64,000 nucleotides of DNA from Octopus sinensis (taxonomy: Eukaryota), in NCBI RefSeq assembly GCF_006345805.1, contig NC_042998.1:174096001-174160000 (forward strand), written 5' to 3'. Positions 36,250 to 48,079 of this stretch are shown piece by piece. Position numbers and translations under genes: made by a program. Within the stretch, counting starts at the first letter, position 1. Every line of letters starts with the position of its first letter. Below the pieces are notes generated by a model that was given only the letters and a program-made list of their open reading frames with translations, made no database searches and was not told the DNA's origin.

Positions 36250-39200
36250 TTTTCACATTCTCGTTTAAACTCGGTTGTATAAATATTCGCGGCCTGGGGT
36301 CGTATTGGAAGCAAGGCTACCTCCTTAACGACCTTAGGTCGCATCGTTTGGATGTAGTGGTAATTACCGAATCCAGACTGAGTGGGCTGCAGGCTTTTTC
36401 GCCCCTTCTAAACGGCTACGAGAAATACATTTCTCCCTGTCGACCTGGAGGGGGAGGAGGAGTGGCAGTGCTGGTCAGGAAAACCTGGATTTAGAGATTA
36501 GAACTGTCTTTATAGATCCGGAAGGCAGGTTGGTCGTTTTGGATGTGACGCACAGCAGTGGTAAAGTGTTCAGGCTGGTCGCTGTCTATGCTCCCTGCGA
36601 GGAAAAGCCGGGCAGAAAGAGTATTTCAAAAGCCTAGAGAATTTTCTTGGCACGTCGAACACGTTAGTATTGCTAGGTGACTTCAACATAATTTGCGATG
36701 CAAGCGTAGATTATGTTGGCTCAAGAAAGAATACGAGGGGATTACCTCACCTCAACGATATGCTAAGTCGTTTCGAATTGGCAGATAGATTCAGACTGGA
36801 CCATCCAGACATTCCAGAGTGGACCTGGGCAAGAAACGACGGGTCGTCCAGATCTTATATCGATAGAATCATAACTAGAAGGAAAGATAAGAGAATACTT
36901 AGCTGTCCACAACACCATATCGTCAGCTACAGCGATCACAAATTAGTGACATGTACGCTCGACATAGATAGCATGTGTAGACGAGGTACCGGCTACTGGA
37001 AGCTAAACAAGTCACTATTGGACTGTGAAGCCTACAGGAATCGGATTAAACAATTAGTAATGAGGGCGTTAACCGGATCCATTATCAACAATAAATGGTG
37101 GTACGCCCTGAAAAGAGCCATCAAATTTGAGCCAATTAGGTTTAGCAAAGAACTAGCTAGTGCTAGAAACAAAGTAGAAAAGGAACTAGTTAAGGCTATA
37201 GAGGAGGCAATGAGGTCAGGCTGTGCATCGAAAGTGTTAGCGGCGAGGTTAGCACTAGACCAACATCTCCAAGCTAAACATGAAGGGTGCATTATTAGGG
37301 CTAAGATCCGTGCAATGAGACAGGAAGGGATCAACGCAGCCGGATGGGCCCGGGTGGTAGAGGCCAGCGTGGCAACAACTCAACCATTCGATCCTTGACG
37401 GGCCCAAATGGTCGATTAGTAAACGAACCCGAGGAGATGTGCAAGGTGTTTCATGATCATTTCGCCCAGCTATTCGGGAGGAGCGGCGAGCTGGAGCGCG
37501 GGGAGAAGCTCGCAGACTTCCTAGCCGGTTCGCCGCGTCTATCGGGGCCGACACGGAATCTTGTGAGGCGCCGATCACAGCCAAAGAAGTCGAGGATATG
37601 TTGGCAGAATGCGGCGGGGACAAATCGCCGGGACTCGATGGTCTGCCTTACGAACTCTATAGTAGCATGCCAGCTTGTTTGGGCACCTACTTGCATGCGT
37701 GTACACCAACTGGCAGCAGAACGGGAGAATTCCTAAGTCTGTGAGCCGAGGGGTGGTAGCGTTGTTAAGAAAGGACCCAAACAAGGGGGATTTAATTGAT
37801 AATTTCCGGCCTATCACTCTGCTTAACGCAGAGTTGAAGATCTTGGCCAAGGTCTTAGCAAAAAGGTTGGCGAGGGTCGTGGGTGAACTTGTTGGCGAGG
37901 CGCAAACTTGCGCCATCCCTGGAAGGACCATCCACGACAATCTCCACTTTCTACGCTATGCCTTAGAAAGGGTAAATAGGATTCCTGGCAAGGGTGGGGC
38001 TATGGTCCACTTGGACCAATCGAAAGCGTTTGATAGGGTGGACCATCAGTATCTGGCGGCGGTCCTCGCGGCGGCTGGCTTCGGCCCGACCTTCCGCGGA
38101 TGGATCATCGCTTTATACAGCAACATCGAATCGGTAGTTCGTGTAAATGGTTTCCTTTCGGAGCCGTTCAGCATTGAACGTTCGGTACGTCAAGGGTGTC
38201 CTCTCTCCCCGCTTCTCTACGTTTTGGCCCTCGAGCCGTTGCTGAGGAGGTTGGAAACTATGAGAGGCACCCCGCAAGATCTAGGGTGCGGAAAGTCAGC
38301 TTCGGCGTATGCGGACGACATCACCGTCATCGTTTCCCGAGTCGAGCACCTACAGTGGGTGGGTGAGGCCTTAAGGACTACGAAGCGGTGGCAGGAGCGA
38401 AAGTCAACCGGGATAAATCGGTCGGCTTGCAACTCGGCACCTGGAGGGGCAAGTCGATGTCTTCCGACAGCGTCGTAGGACGTTGGACGGAAGGACCGGT
38501 GAAAATGCTTGGGATCTGGTTAGGTCCAGATCTCCAGATAGAGAAGAATTGGAGCGAGGTGGCGAGAAAGGTGGCTCTCCTAACTCAGACATGGTCTGAA
38601 CGGAATCTGTCCTTGAAAGGGAAGGCGGAGGTTGCAGAAGTGTTTATCGCCTCTGTAATCACTTACCGCCTAACCGTAGTGCCTTGCCCCGATTCGTGGC
38701 TGAACAAACTGGAACGCATGCTCTTTCGCTTTTTGTGGAGGGGCAGCAGACCTCTTGTAAGGCGCTCTATTTGCTGCCAAAAGCCGCTGAACGGTGGGTT
38801 AGGGATGCCGTGGCTAAAAATGCGCAGACATGCGCTCAGGCTTAGGCACCTCTGGATTTACCTGGACGGTGAGCAGGTGTGGTCTCCGTTTGTCAAGCTG
38901 TTATTTCCACAGTTCACATCGTTTAACGAACTGAACCCATGGATCAAGTGTAGACCGAGGTTGGGCATGTGGCATGCAGAGTGCTATCAGGCACTCGTGC
39001 TTCTCTCCCAGTCGGGCAACGCCGGTGGCGGGGCTACTACACACCGCGTTCTTCTATAGAGGGTTAGTAGAGTTTAAGTGTGACGACGTCCTAGGAGAAA
39101 CTCTGGGCTTCGACGAAAATCAACTGGCCAGCCTGTTCCAAAGAACATTCGGTCCGGGGCCTATGGATAATTACCAAAAGTCCCTGGCCTGGCAATGTTA

Positions 39201-39662
39201 CAGAGGAGCTTTACCGGTTCGAGATAAGCTCTTTAGACATGGGTGTGCACCTTCGCCGATTTGTGCAAGATGTAAGAGGGACAGTGAAACTGTCCTGCAC
39301 GCGATTGTGCAATGCCCCAAGGTGACTGAACTCTGGACTTATGTCGAACACCTGCTGTCGCATTCGAGAAGAGTACAACTGTCGAGCGAATCTGTAATTA
39401 AGATAGTTCCGCCGACCTTCCTGAATAGGGAGGAGCGAGCCTGTTTTCTTTCGGTAGTTGCTATGGCGAAAGAAGTAGTGTGGAAGACGAGAGTAAAAGG
39501 AATTGCAACAGGCATGTTTATCTCCAGTCTCGAGCTAATCGACTTTTTCGTTTTCCACATGAAACGGAAAATAAGGCTGGAGAAGAATGCCTGTCGCAAA
39601 GTGTGTTTCGTAAAAGATGGAAGTCTATAGCAAGTATGTTGCGAGTGAAAGAACCTATTTAA
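36250..39662 (+). pseudogene. Tx1 ORF2 (APE endonuclease, RT, C-terminal zinc finger), several frameshifts
   Basis: GCINIRG, VYAP, LGDFN, SYIDRI, SDHKLV, GYWKLN, KSPGLDGL, FRPITLLNAELKILAK, LDQSKAFDRVDH, QGCPLSPLLY, YADD, GGLGMP, CARC...ETVLHAIVQC. Confidence 0.93.
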
Positions 39663-40054
39663 TCGAGAATGTAAAAAAGGATAAAGCAAAGTCTTCAGTG
39701 TGAGTATGTTGTTTGTGGGGTCGACCGCGTCCTCCGCTTCATTTTTTGTTAATCACTCATTCTCATTTAATTGTATATATATTAATTGTTTGTTTATTCA
39801 TGTTTCGTCTCATTCGATACCCTGACCCCAACGTTTGTTTTGTCCCCTCTTTTTCTCAACCTTATGGTGAATAAAGAAATACTCTCTCTCTCTCTCTCTC
39901 TTTCTCTCTTTCACTTCATACATATATGTATAAAATATGTGCACCACGGTAGAATACGTTCAAAAGGACAGCCATATTTATGTGGCTACGAATATTACTT
40001 GATAGTACAACTACTGAGTTGATCTCTTAGAGAGTTTTTAGAACTAGCATTTTG

Positions 40055-40076
40055 GCTTATATATATATATGTAGGT

Positions 40077-40149
<73 letters not shown>

Positions 40150-41280
40150 ATATATATATATTATATATATATATGTGTGTGTACGCTTGTGTGTTTATGT
40201 ATATGTAGGTATGTAGAGTTATGTGTGTATGTATGTATGTATATATACATATGTGTAAATAGGTATATATGGGTATGTTTATATGTATGTATCCGTCTGT
40301 ATAATGGGTAACTGCACGTATATATATTATTATTATTATTTGAGTATGCATGTATGTATATATGTATATGCCTGTATGCATGTATGTATTTATGAACATA
40401 AGGAGGCGCGTGTGTGTGTGTGTATGTGTACGCATATATATATATATATGTATATATATATGTATGTATATATATATGTATATATATGTGCGAGTGTGTA
40501 TACATATGTGTATATATATATATATATATGTGTGTGTATGTGTATATATGTATGAATGTATATGTGTATGTATATGTATATTTATATGTGTATGCATATA
40601 TATATGTATATGTGTATGTATATGTATGTATGTGTATGTATGTGTTTGTGTATATGTGTATATATATTTATTAGTGTATATGTATGGACTAGTCTTCTGT
40701 GGGTGTATTGAGGTATGTATGTGTATGCGTGTAGATATGAATCAGTAGGTACGTGTACGTATGTGAATATACGTGAATGTATGTAGATGTATGTGTGTAT
40801 GAATATAACACGTGCGTGTGTGTATGGGTATGAGTGTACGTGTGAGTGTGTGGGCGTGAGTGAGTGTTTGCGTTCGTATCAGTGAGTAGATAGATAAATG
40901 GACTCTTTAGATCATCCCTTGAGACCGGCTGACCGCGGTCAAGATAAAAATAAAGATATAAACAAAAGTAATAATAAAATTAAAATAAGGGAATAAAAAT
41001 GTGTGTGTATGTGTGTGCATGTATATGCATGTGTATATGTGCGTATGTATATATATGTGCGAGTGTGTATACATATGTGTATATATATGTATGTATATGT
41101 GTATTTGTGTGTGTGTACATGGGTATGTGTATATATATGTATATATATGTATATATATATGTAAATGTATGTATGTGTATATATATATGTATGTATATAT
41201 GGGTATGTATGTATATATATAGATATATGTGAATATGTGGGTGTATATATATATATATATATATATATATGTAGATGTAC
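40055..41280. repeat. Compound (TA)n/(TG)n/(TATG)n low-complexity tract
   Basis: Seen directly. Similar tracts at 32510-32690, 33040-33215, 33860-34140, 44810-45240 and 57780-58335. Confidence 0.9.
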
Positions 41281-41493
41281 AAGTGAGAGTCTCCTTACTT
41301 ACCTAAAACTCTATTTTTCTATTTATTCTTTTATTCTTTTATTTATTCTTTTATCTACTTTACCACCGATTCCTTTGACCACTCCCCTAATAATGACAGT
41401 TTTGCGCCATGCCTACCCCCAAAAAAGTCCCCCACCACCACCCATTTAAACCTGCCTAAATGTATAAATGCCAGAACAACTCTTGTCTACTAG

Positions 41494-41537
41494 CTACCTG
41501 ATGATTTCTTTTGAATGAAACAGTTCTAGTCCTGTAG
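41494..41537 (+). ncRNA. Degenerate hammerhead-like motif downstream of a TATA box
   Basis: ctac-CTGATGA-tttc-tttt-gaat-GAAA-cagttctag-TC-ctgtag. Core intact, stems I and III imperfect. TATAAAT at 41463. Confidence 0.45.
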
Positions 41538-41819
41538 AAGCTCCTTCTATATAATATATATATTATATATATATATATATATTATATATATATCTCGGCT
41601 TAAGTCATTTCGATTTAAATCGTTCTGGATTATACGTCGGTTTTCAAGAATAATATATGAAAAAATAAAAATCAAGTTAAGTCATTTTATTCGACCTTAC
41701 GTCTGTCCACTACAAATATTGGAATCGTAAAATCACTAGAAGACCGTTAAAAGCACATAAAATCATGTTACTGTATTTTAGATAAGAATAGACGTCATAT
41801 TTCTTTGCTCAATATCATT

Positions 41820-42335
41820 TTGATTGTTTATTATTGGACATGAGATGATATTACGCACGAGTCTTCCGTCAGTAGTCGAACTAGAATCGTGGATTGGTGT
41901 CGGGAAGTACGCTCCGACAAAATCCCATAGAAATCGGTTGTTTGGATGTTAATGGACAGCCATTAGTTGTAGAAATTGACGAAAGCAAGTTCTTTCATCG
42001 TAAATATCATCGAGGTGAGTGGCGCCCTAGCCATTCGGTGGCATAGAGAGAGTCTCTAAAAAGTGCTTTTTGGTCGAAGTGCCTGACCGTACTCAACAAA
42101 CTTTAACTGTGCCGATACAAAGATGGATTTTACCTGGGACTCACATAGTCAGTGATGGCTGCCGTGCGTATCCTGAATGATGGTGCCTACACGCACGAAG
42201 CGATTATATACCAACAAAATTCTGTTGATCCTCATGATCAACACGTCTACACTCAAAATGTGGCAAGGCGTAATTCCACGGATAAAAACAACACAGTTTT
42301 TTCACTTTCTGGCCGCGATCGTCAGTGTTTATGCT
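41820..42335 (+). mobile_element. Merlin (IS1016/ISXO2-like) transposase relic
   Basis: VVEIDESKFFHRKYHRG...FGGIERVSKKCFLVEVPDRT...RWILPGTHIVSDG...THEAII.QQNSVDP...VYTQNV, frameshifted. Confidence 0.88.
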
Positions 42336-42765
42336 GAGTAAAAAGTAAGTTCTTCCTTAGACTAATCAATCCACCCCTTAATTTTTATTTACTTTTTTAA
42401 TATAACCATATTGAACAATTACCATAAAAGCATATAAAAATCATATGAATATACGTACAGTAAATGTTAAGATACACACCATAAAGAGGTGTTGCTCAGT
42501 GAACGAAATCATGAAATCAGCTGTGCCTTGGCTCCGAGTAAGATATTATATCTGCAGAACTTTTAAATACATGCTGGAAATGAAAACTAAAGAAAAATTA
42601 ATTATCTGTCTTTCGGAGCTCATATTGTACTGTAGTTCCAATATCTACCGTTAGGCGTCATTGCCACTCGTGATTCCCGCGATTGTTTAGAATTCAGATT
42701 TGTTTACGTTTGTTTATCGACTATTTTCTCATTCTCATTCATTTGTGACTTGATTTTTTGCTTCC

Positions 42766-43190
42766 ATCGCTCCTAAGAAAATTCATAGTCAAAGTGCTAA
42801 GCGTCATTCTATAACGCTGGAAGATAAACTGGCTATGATAAAACGCCATGAAAAAGGTGAAAAGGTGGTAGCAATTACACAATCTTTTGGAATGAGTCGC
42901 ACAACTGTATTGACGGTTGTCCGTAATAAGGACAAGATTTTAGCACATATCAAATCTGAAGCCCAAGGAATGAAGAACGCGGTCATCAATAAGAAGAGGG
43001 GCAAACTTTTTGAAGAAATGGAAAGTCTTTTTCACTTCGGATTGTTAGGTTGGATCGTCAAGAGAAAGAGTTGTCTTTGTTTGAGGACCTGAAGAAAAAA
43101 AGCATCCAGATGAGAAAGATGTAGAGTTCAAGACAAGTCAAGGATTGCTCATGAGATTGAAGGAGCGAAAAAGTTCTCATTCCATTGAAA
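42766..43190 (+). mobile_element. Tigger/pogo transposase N-terminal fragment (HTH_psq / CENP-B type)
   Basis: KRHSITLEDKLAMIKRHEKGEKVVAITQSFGMSRTTVLTVVRNKDKI...KKRGKLFEEMESL...FKTSQGLLMRLKER. Confidence 0.85.
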
Positions 43191-43657
43191 TATATTCGTA
43201 AAATACATTCGTAAATTTAGATTACTCTTTTTTTCTACTGTGCTGTATTAAAAAATTTTTTTTAAATATTTGTTTGTAAGCTTGAAATAGTTTTTTTTAT
43301 TAATCATGTATTAACCAAGGAAACGGTTGACAGTGTCTTCAAATTTTCGGAGTAGTTGTCTTCATCGGGATGTGTGACTGGGGCAGCTCAGCTGAAACTT
43401 AGAAATCACTGTCAACATTCACAACGTGTGTGTGCGCGCGTACGTGCGTGTGTATGTGTACATATATACATACATACACACACACATATATATGTGTGTG
43501 TCTGCGTATGTGTGTGTGTATGTGTAAGTATTAATATTTTGGACTAATGGGTATATGTCTATTAGTGTGTTGAAGTGATCACTAGCATAGTCTGGGCTAC
43601 CCGGTGTCATCCGCATTCGGGATATATTACCGTCGGATCTACTTGGAACTCCGCTGG

Positions 43658-43744
<87 letters not shown>

Positions 43745-43757
43745 ATCATTATTATTA

Positions 43758-43837
<80 letters not shown>

Positions 43838-43944
43838 TAATAATAATAATATGACAGCAAAAGAATGAATGGCACCTCGATATTATTATTTAAATAGAGG
43901 AATTTATCTATAAATATAATATAAGACGATCAGTTAGTTGTCAT

Positions 43945-44005
43945 AATAAAACTTAGACTTTCGGATGTCAGGGCTGAAGCCTGCTTCGGTATCTCATCGG
44001 TTATT
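43945..44005 (-). ncRNA. Degenerate hammerhead-like motif with extended stem II
   Basis: Minus strand AATAA-CCGATGA-gatacc gaagc ag gcttc agccctgacatcc-GAAA-gtctaag-TT-TTATT. Shares the CCGAUGA core and a GAAA-(c/g)tct(g/a)ag-t stem III with the 31210 motif. Confidence 0.4.
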
Positions 44006-44339
44006 GAGGTAAAAACGCTATGAAAAAATCCGTCGAATAAAGGGAAGTTACTCCAATAGGCATGGTGAAAGTAAAACTTCGTTCATACAATCTGCTTATG
44101 CACACATGTACACACATATACATACACTTTTCTCTATTTTGTATGTAAGACAGAAAAGATATCAAAAAGACAGGTCGGTTCCTCTCTAATATTTTGTAAA
44201 TTCTTAAATATATCTCCTGTGTATACATATACTACCAAACAAACAGGATTTTTATTGAACTCCTAATACTTTTTGTTGAATACTTTCTTAAATACTTTCT
44301 TGTAAACTGTTTTTAACATTTTGTTATTATTATCAAAGA

Positions 44340-44386
<47 letters not shown>

Positions 44387-44434
44387 AATATTTGTTGTGC
44401 AAGATTTTTTATGTGAAGTCGTGTGTTGAAATAG

Positions 44435-44605
44435 ATATTGTTATATTTCGGATGGTCATATTGCCAGGAGTGTGACGAAAGAACTCTGGCCGAAATAAGA
44501 TTAAGATTAATGTAAAAAATAAATATCACTGAAGCAAAATAACACCAAATATATAGTGCGTGTGTTTTTATTGGCTAAACTGGCAATATGACCATTCTGA
44601 AATAT

Positions 44606-44613
<8 letters not shown>
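44435..44613. mobile_element. Small element with ~33-bp terminal inverted repeats
   Basis: atattgttatatttcggatggtcatattgccag / ctggcaatatgaccattctgaaatataacaatat. A related end occurs near 56368. Confidence 0.7.
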
Positions 44614-44641
<28 letters not shown>

Positions 44642-45026
44642 GTTTTGTGACAACCAGTACTTAACTCAACAAAGCTTATACAAAGATTTACATCTTACTT
44701 TTGACAATCTTGAAACCCGTCAAGCCAATAAACATCTTTTAAATTGCATTTTCAAACCGTCTTGAATATATATTTCCTCTCGTGCGGTACCTTACAACTT
44801 TACTTTGTTATATATATATATATATATTATATATAATATATATATATATAATATATATATATATAATATATATATATATATACATACATACATACATACA
44901 TACATACACATATATTCCTGGGTACATATACATACGCACATAGATATATTCATATACGCACATTTACACACAAACACATACAGAAACACACATACACTCA
45001 CACACACACACATACATATACATACG

Positions 45027-45070
<44 letters not shown>

Positions 45071-45886
45071 CATACAGATATATTTGTATATGCACACTTA
45101 CACACAAACACATACAGAAACACACATACACTCACAAACACTCACAAGTGGATATGTGTGGGTGCATGTGTGTGTGTGTGTGCGTGTGTGTGTGCATGTG
45201 TGTGTGTGTGTCTGTGTGTGTGTGCGTGTGTGTGCATACACTTCTCACTACCCCTTTCTCCATGATACCAACTGTGAGAATTCATCAAATTTCTATCCAA
45301 GTTCATCTCTTCGTTGAAACTAATGACTGCTATTTTGCTTAGCTTTTATCTTTGCACATAAATTATCCAAACTTGTCAGCCACATTAGGTCCCATACGGA
45401 TGTAATTACCTGGAGGAAATTCTCTCTCCGGTGTTTATTATTTGGCTGATATCCTTTAGATTTCATTTTACATAATATGTATTCTTTTTGGTGTGTGTCT
45501 CTGTATTTTGGGAGTAAGGTTTCCGCTGTGCTTTTCTTGATTCTTAATGGCAAAGAGATATTATTGAAGGTGAAATATTATATACTTATTTATTGCCAAT
45601 GATCGAGTTGATGTTTCTTTTATTTTTATTTCTTCTGCTGTCCACTTTTCGCGTTCTTATTCTGCCGTAGAAGTGAATGGGTCTATTTTTATGTTGTTAT
45701 AATAAATAAAAGCGTGCCAGTGTTGATTGTCGAAAGAGCTGTTTCATATTCACTCGATAATAACCATTCCGGGCCAATGTGTATACACACAGACGCACGC
45801 GTGCAAACACATACACACACTAACAGAAACAAACATATAAACACACATTTATAAAGGGGGATGGGGATAGATAGATATAACTGATA

Positions 45887-46114
45887 GGCGAGCTGGCAGA
45901 AACGTTAGCACGCCGGGCGAAATGCTTAGCAGTATTTCGTCTGCCGTTACGTTCTGAGTTCAAATTCCGCCGAGGTCGACTTTGCCTTTCATCCTTTCGG
46001 GGTCGATAAATTAAGTACCAGGTACGCACTGGGGTCGATATAATCGGCTTAATCCGTTTGTCTGTCCTTGTTTGATCTCTCTGTGTTTAGCCCCTTGTGG
46101 GTAGTAAAGAAATA
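45887..46114 (+). mobile_element. Nin-domain tRNA-SINE, full-length, with TSD
   Basis: Head ggcgagctggcagaaacgttagc...gagttcaaattcc and Nin-type core gtcgactttgcctttcatcctttcggggtcgataaattaagtaccag. Flanking direct repeat atagatataactga at 45871-45884 and 46112-46125. Confidence 0.9.
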
Positions 46115-46901
46115 GATATAACTGACAGGTGACAGTTTTAACCATATGTATAAATACACACACACACACGTAAACACATGCAGACACGCGCGCGAGCGCA
46201 CACACACACATAGAGAGAGAAGGAGAGAGAGGAGAAAACTAAAGAATGGACTTTGTTTATAAAAATGTATGTGTGTATGTATGTATGTGTGTATGTATGT
46301 ATGCATGTATGGTTGTATGTATTCGACGTGGAGGAGGAAGAAAAGTTAGTGGCGGAGAAGGACAACGTTGAAAGTTTCAAATTATCCTTTCTAACGAAGA
46401 ACTGAACTGGACACAATATAAGATTTTTTTTTTTTTTTATTTTGTAGCCAACTTGCTAAAATAGAATTAATAATGTAAGAATATCTATACATGTAACCGA
46501 AATATTGCAAACCATTCCTCTTATCACCAGTGACACACTTCCGAAGTACTTCACACTTCACATCACATCTTACACTTAACACCTCCTTGAAAGAGCAAAA
46601 TATAAAGTGAAATAGAACAAGCAGATAAATAGACAGAATGGCGAGGCTTTCACACACTGTAATGCTATCTAACAATATTTTATCCGACGTAGGGGTAACG
46701 CTAATGTATGTCAGTTAGTCTTGATGTTCCACAATATATCTTCCTCACAGTCTCTCTGCCTATATAGTAAATGGCGGACAAATTTCGTTCAAATTACGAC
46801 CTACCATCTAAAATGAAGAATGAATTGAATAATGTAATTTTTGATATACAAGATGTGAATATCACGCCTCAAACGCTCAGATGGTTCTGGTTGTGCAACC
46901 G

Positions 46902-47274
46902 GAGGAAGATGAGAATTAGGATTTAATGTCTTATAATCAAGTTTAAGTATAGTAAAATAAGATTCTTCTCTGCATGCGTTTTTAACATATCAGTACAGAC
47001 CAAAATTTGTAGGATGCCTCACTGTACAGACAACACACATCTCTGTCGCTGCAGAATTATATACTGAAAACAGTAAACTGAAATCGAACAAGGCAAGTGA
47101 AATAAGTCAACCTTTTGACCTTGCATTACCTCCAGGAAGTGTCTGTACACGGTGAGGCAGCATCCGAAAAATTTTAGGCTGTGCTGACATGTTAAAAATG
47201 CATGCAGAGAAGGGTCTTATTTTACTTACTTAGATCTGATTATGAGACATTAAATTCTAATTCCCAACTTCCTC
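46902..47274. mobile_element. Old fold-back element, ~130-bp diverged arms
   Basis: 46902-47032 is the imperfect reverse complement of 47140-47274. Confidence 0.75.
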
Positions 47275-47293
47275 ATATTTCAATGAGACATCT

Positions 47294-48068
47294 GGCGTAG
47301 GAGTGGATGTGTGGTAAGTAGCTTGCTTACCAGCCACACAGTTCCGGGTTCAGTCCCACAGCGTGACACCTTGGCCAAGTGTCTTCTACTATAGCCTCGG
47401 ACCAGAGGCTATAGCCGCGGACCAGAGCCTTGTGAGTGGATTTGGTAGGCGGAAACTGACAGAAGCCCGTCTTATATATGTCGTATAGATGTATATATAT
47501 ATATGTATATATATATGTGTGTGTGTGGAGGCCCAGTGGGTAGGGCAGCGGACAAGCGGTCGTAGGATCGCGGTTTCGATTCCCAGACCGCGCGTTGTGA
47601 GTGTTTGTTGAGCGAAAACACCTAAAAGCTCCACGAGGCTCCGGCAGGGGCTGGTGATCCCTACTGTACTCTTTCACCACTCTTTCTTCTGTTGGCCTGC
47701 TCGCTTAGCCAGCGGGGTGGCGTCATTCGAAGGCTAAAACAATGCGAACGCATTGTGAGCAGCGATGTGTAGCAACATCTGATGGTCTGGTCGGTCACAT
47801 GATCACGTGATATATATATATATGTATATATGTATGTGTGTGTATATGTTTGTGTGTCTGTGTGTGTGTCCCCCCAACATCGCTTGACAACCGATGCTGG
47901 TGTGTTTACGTCCCCGTAACTTAGCGGTTCGGTAAAAGAGGCCGATATAATAAGTACTAGGCTTACAAAGAATAAGTCCTTGTGTCGATTTGATCGACTA
48001 AAGGCGGTGCTCCAGCATGGCCACAGATAAATGACTGAAACAAGTAAAAGAGTAAAAGAAAGTAAGAG
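47294..48068 (+). mobile_element. OR-like SINE with a second SINE nested in its internal microsatellite
   Basis: Head 47294-47480 and tail 47850-48068 match the 31689 copy. Confidence 0.9.
47527..47810 (+). mobile_element. Nested tRNA-derived SINE of a different family
   Basis: ggaggcccagtgggtagggcagcggac...gtttcgattcccagaccg head, ending ...ggtcacatgatcacgtga. Confidence 0.8.
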
Positions 48069-48079
48069 TTATATATATA

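Larger units (their letters stand above)
34446..39881 (+). mobile_element. Near full-length Tx1-clade (L1 group) LINE inserted in a (TC)n tract
   Basis: Contains 5'UTR, ORF1, ORF2 and a 3'UTR with AATAAA at 39870. (CT)n flanks at 34431-34445 and 39882-39900. Confidence 0.92.

Noticed and set aside
44698-44731. ctt-ttgacaa-tctt-gaaacccgtc-aag...aataaa hammerhead-like remnant
   Set aside because: Two core mismatches and no stem II; too weak to call.
45300-45770. Possible GIY-YIG relic on the minus strand
   Set aside because: Only vague motif resemblance; too decayed to support.
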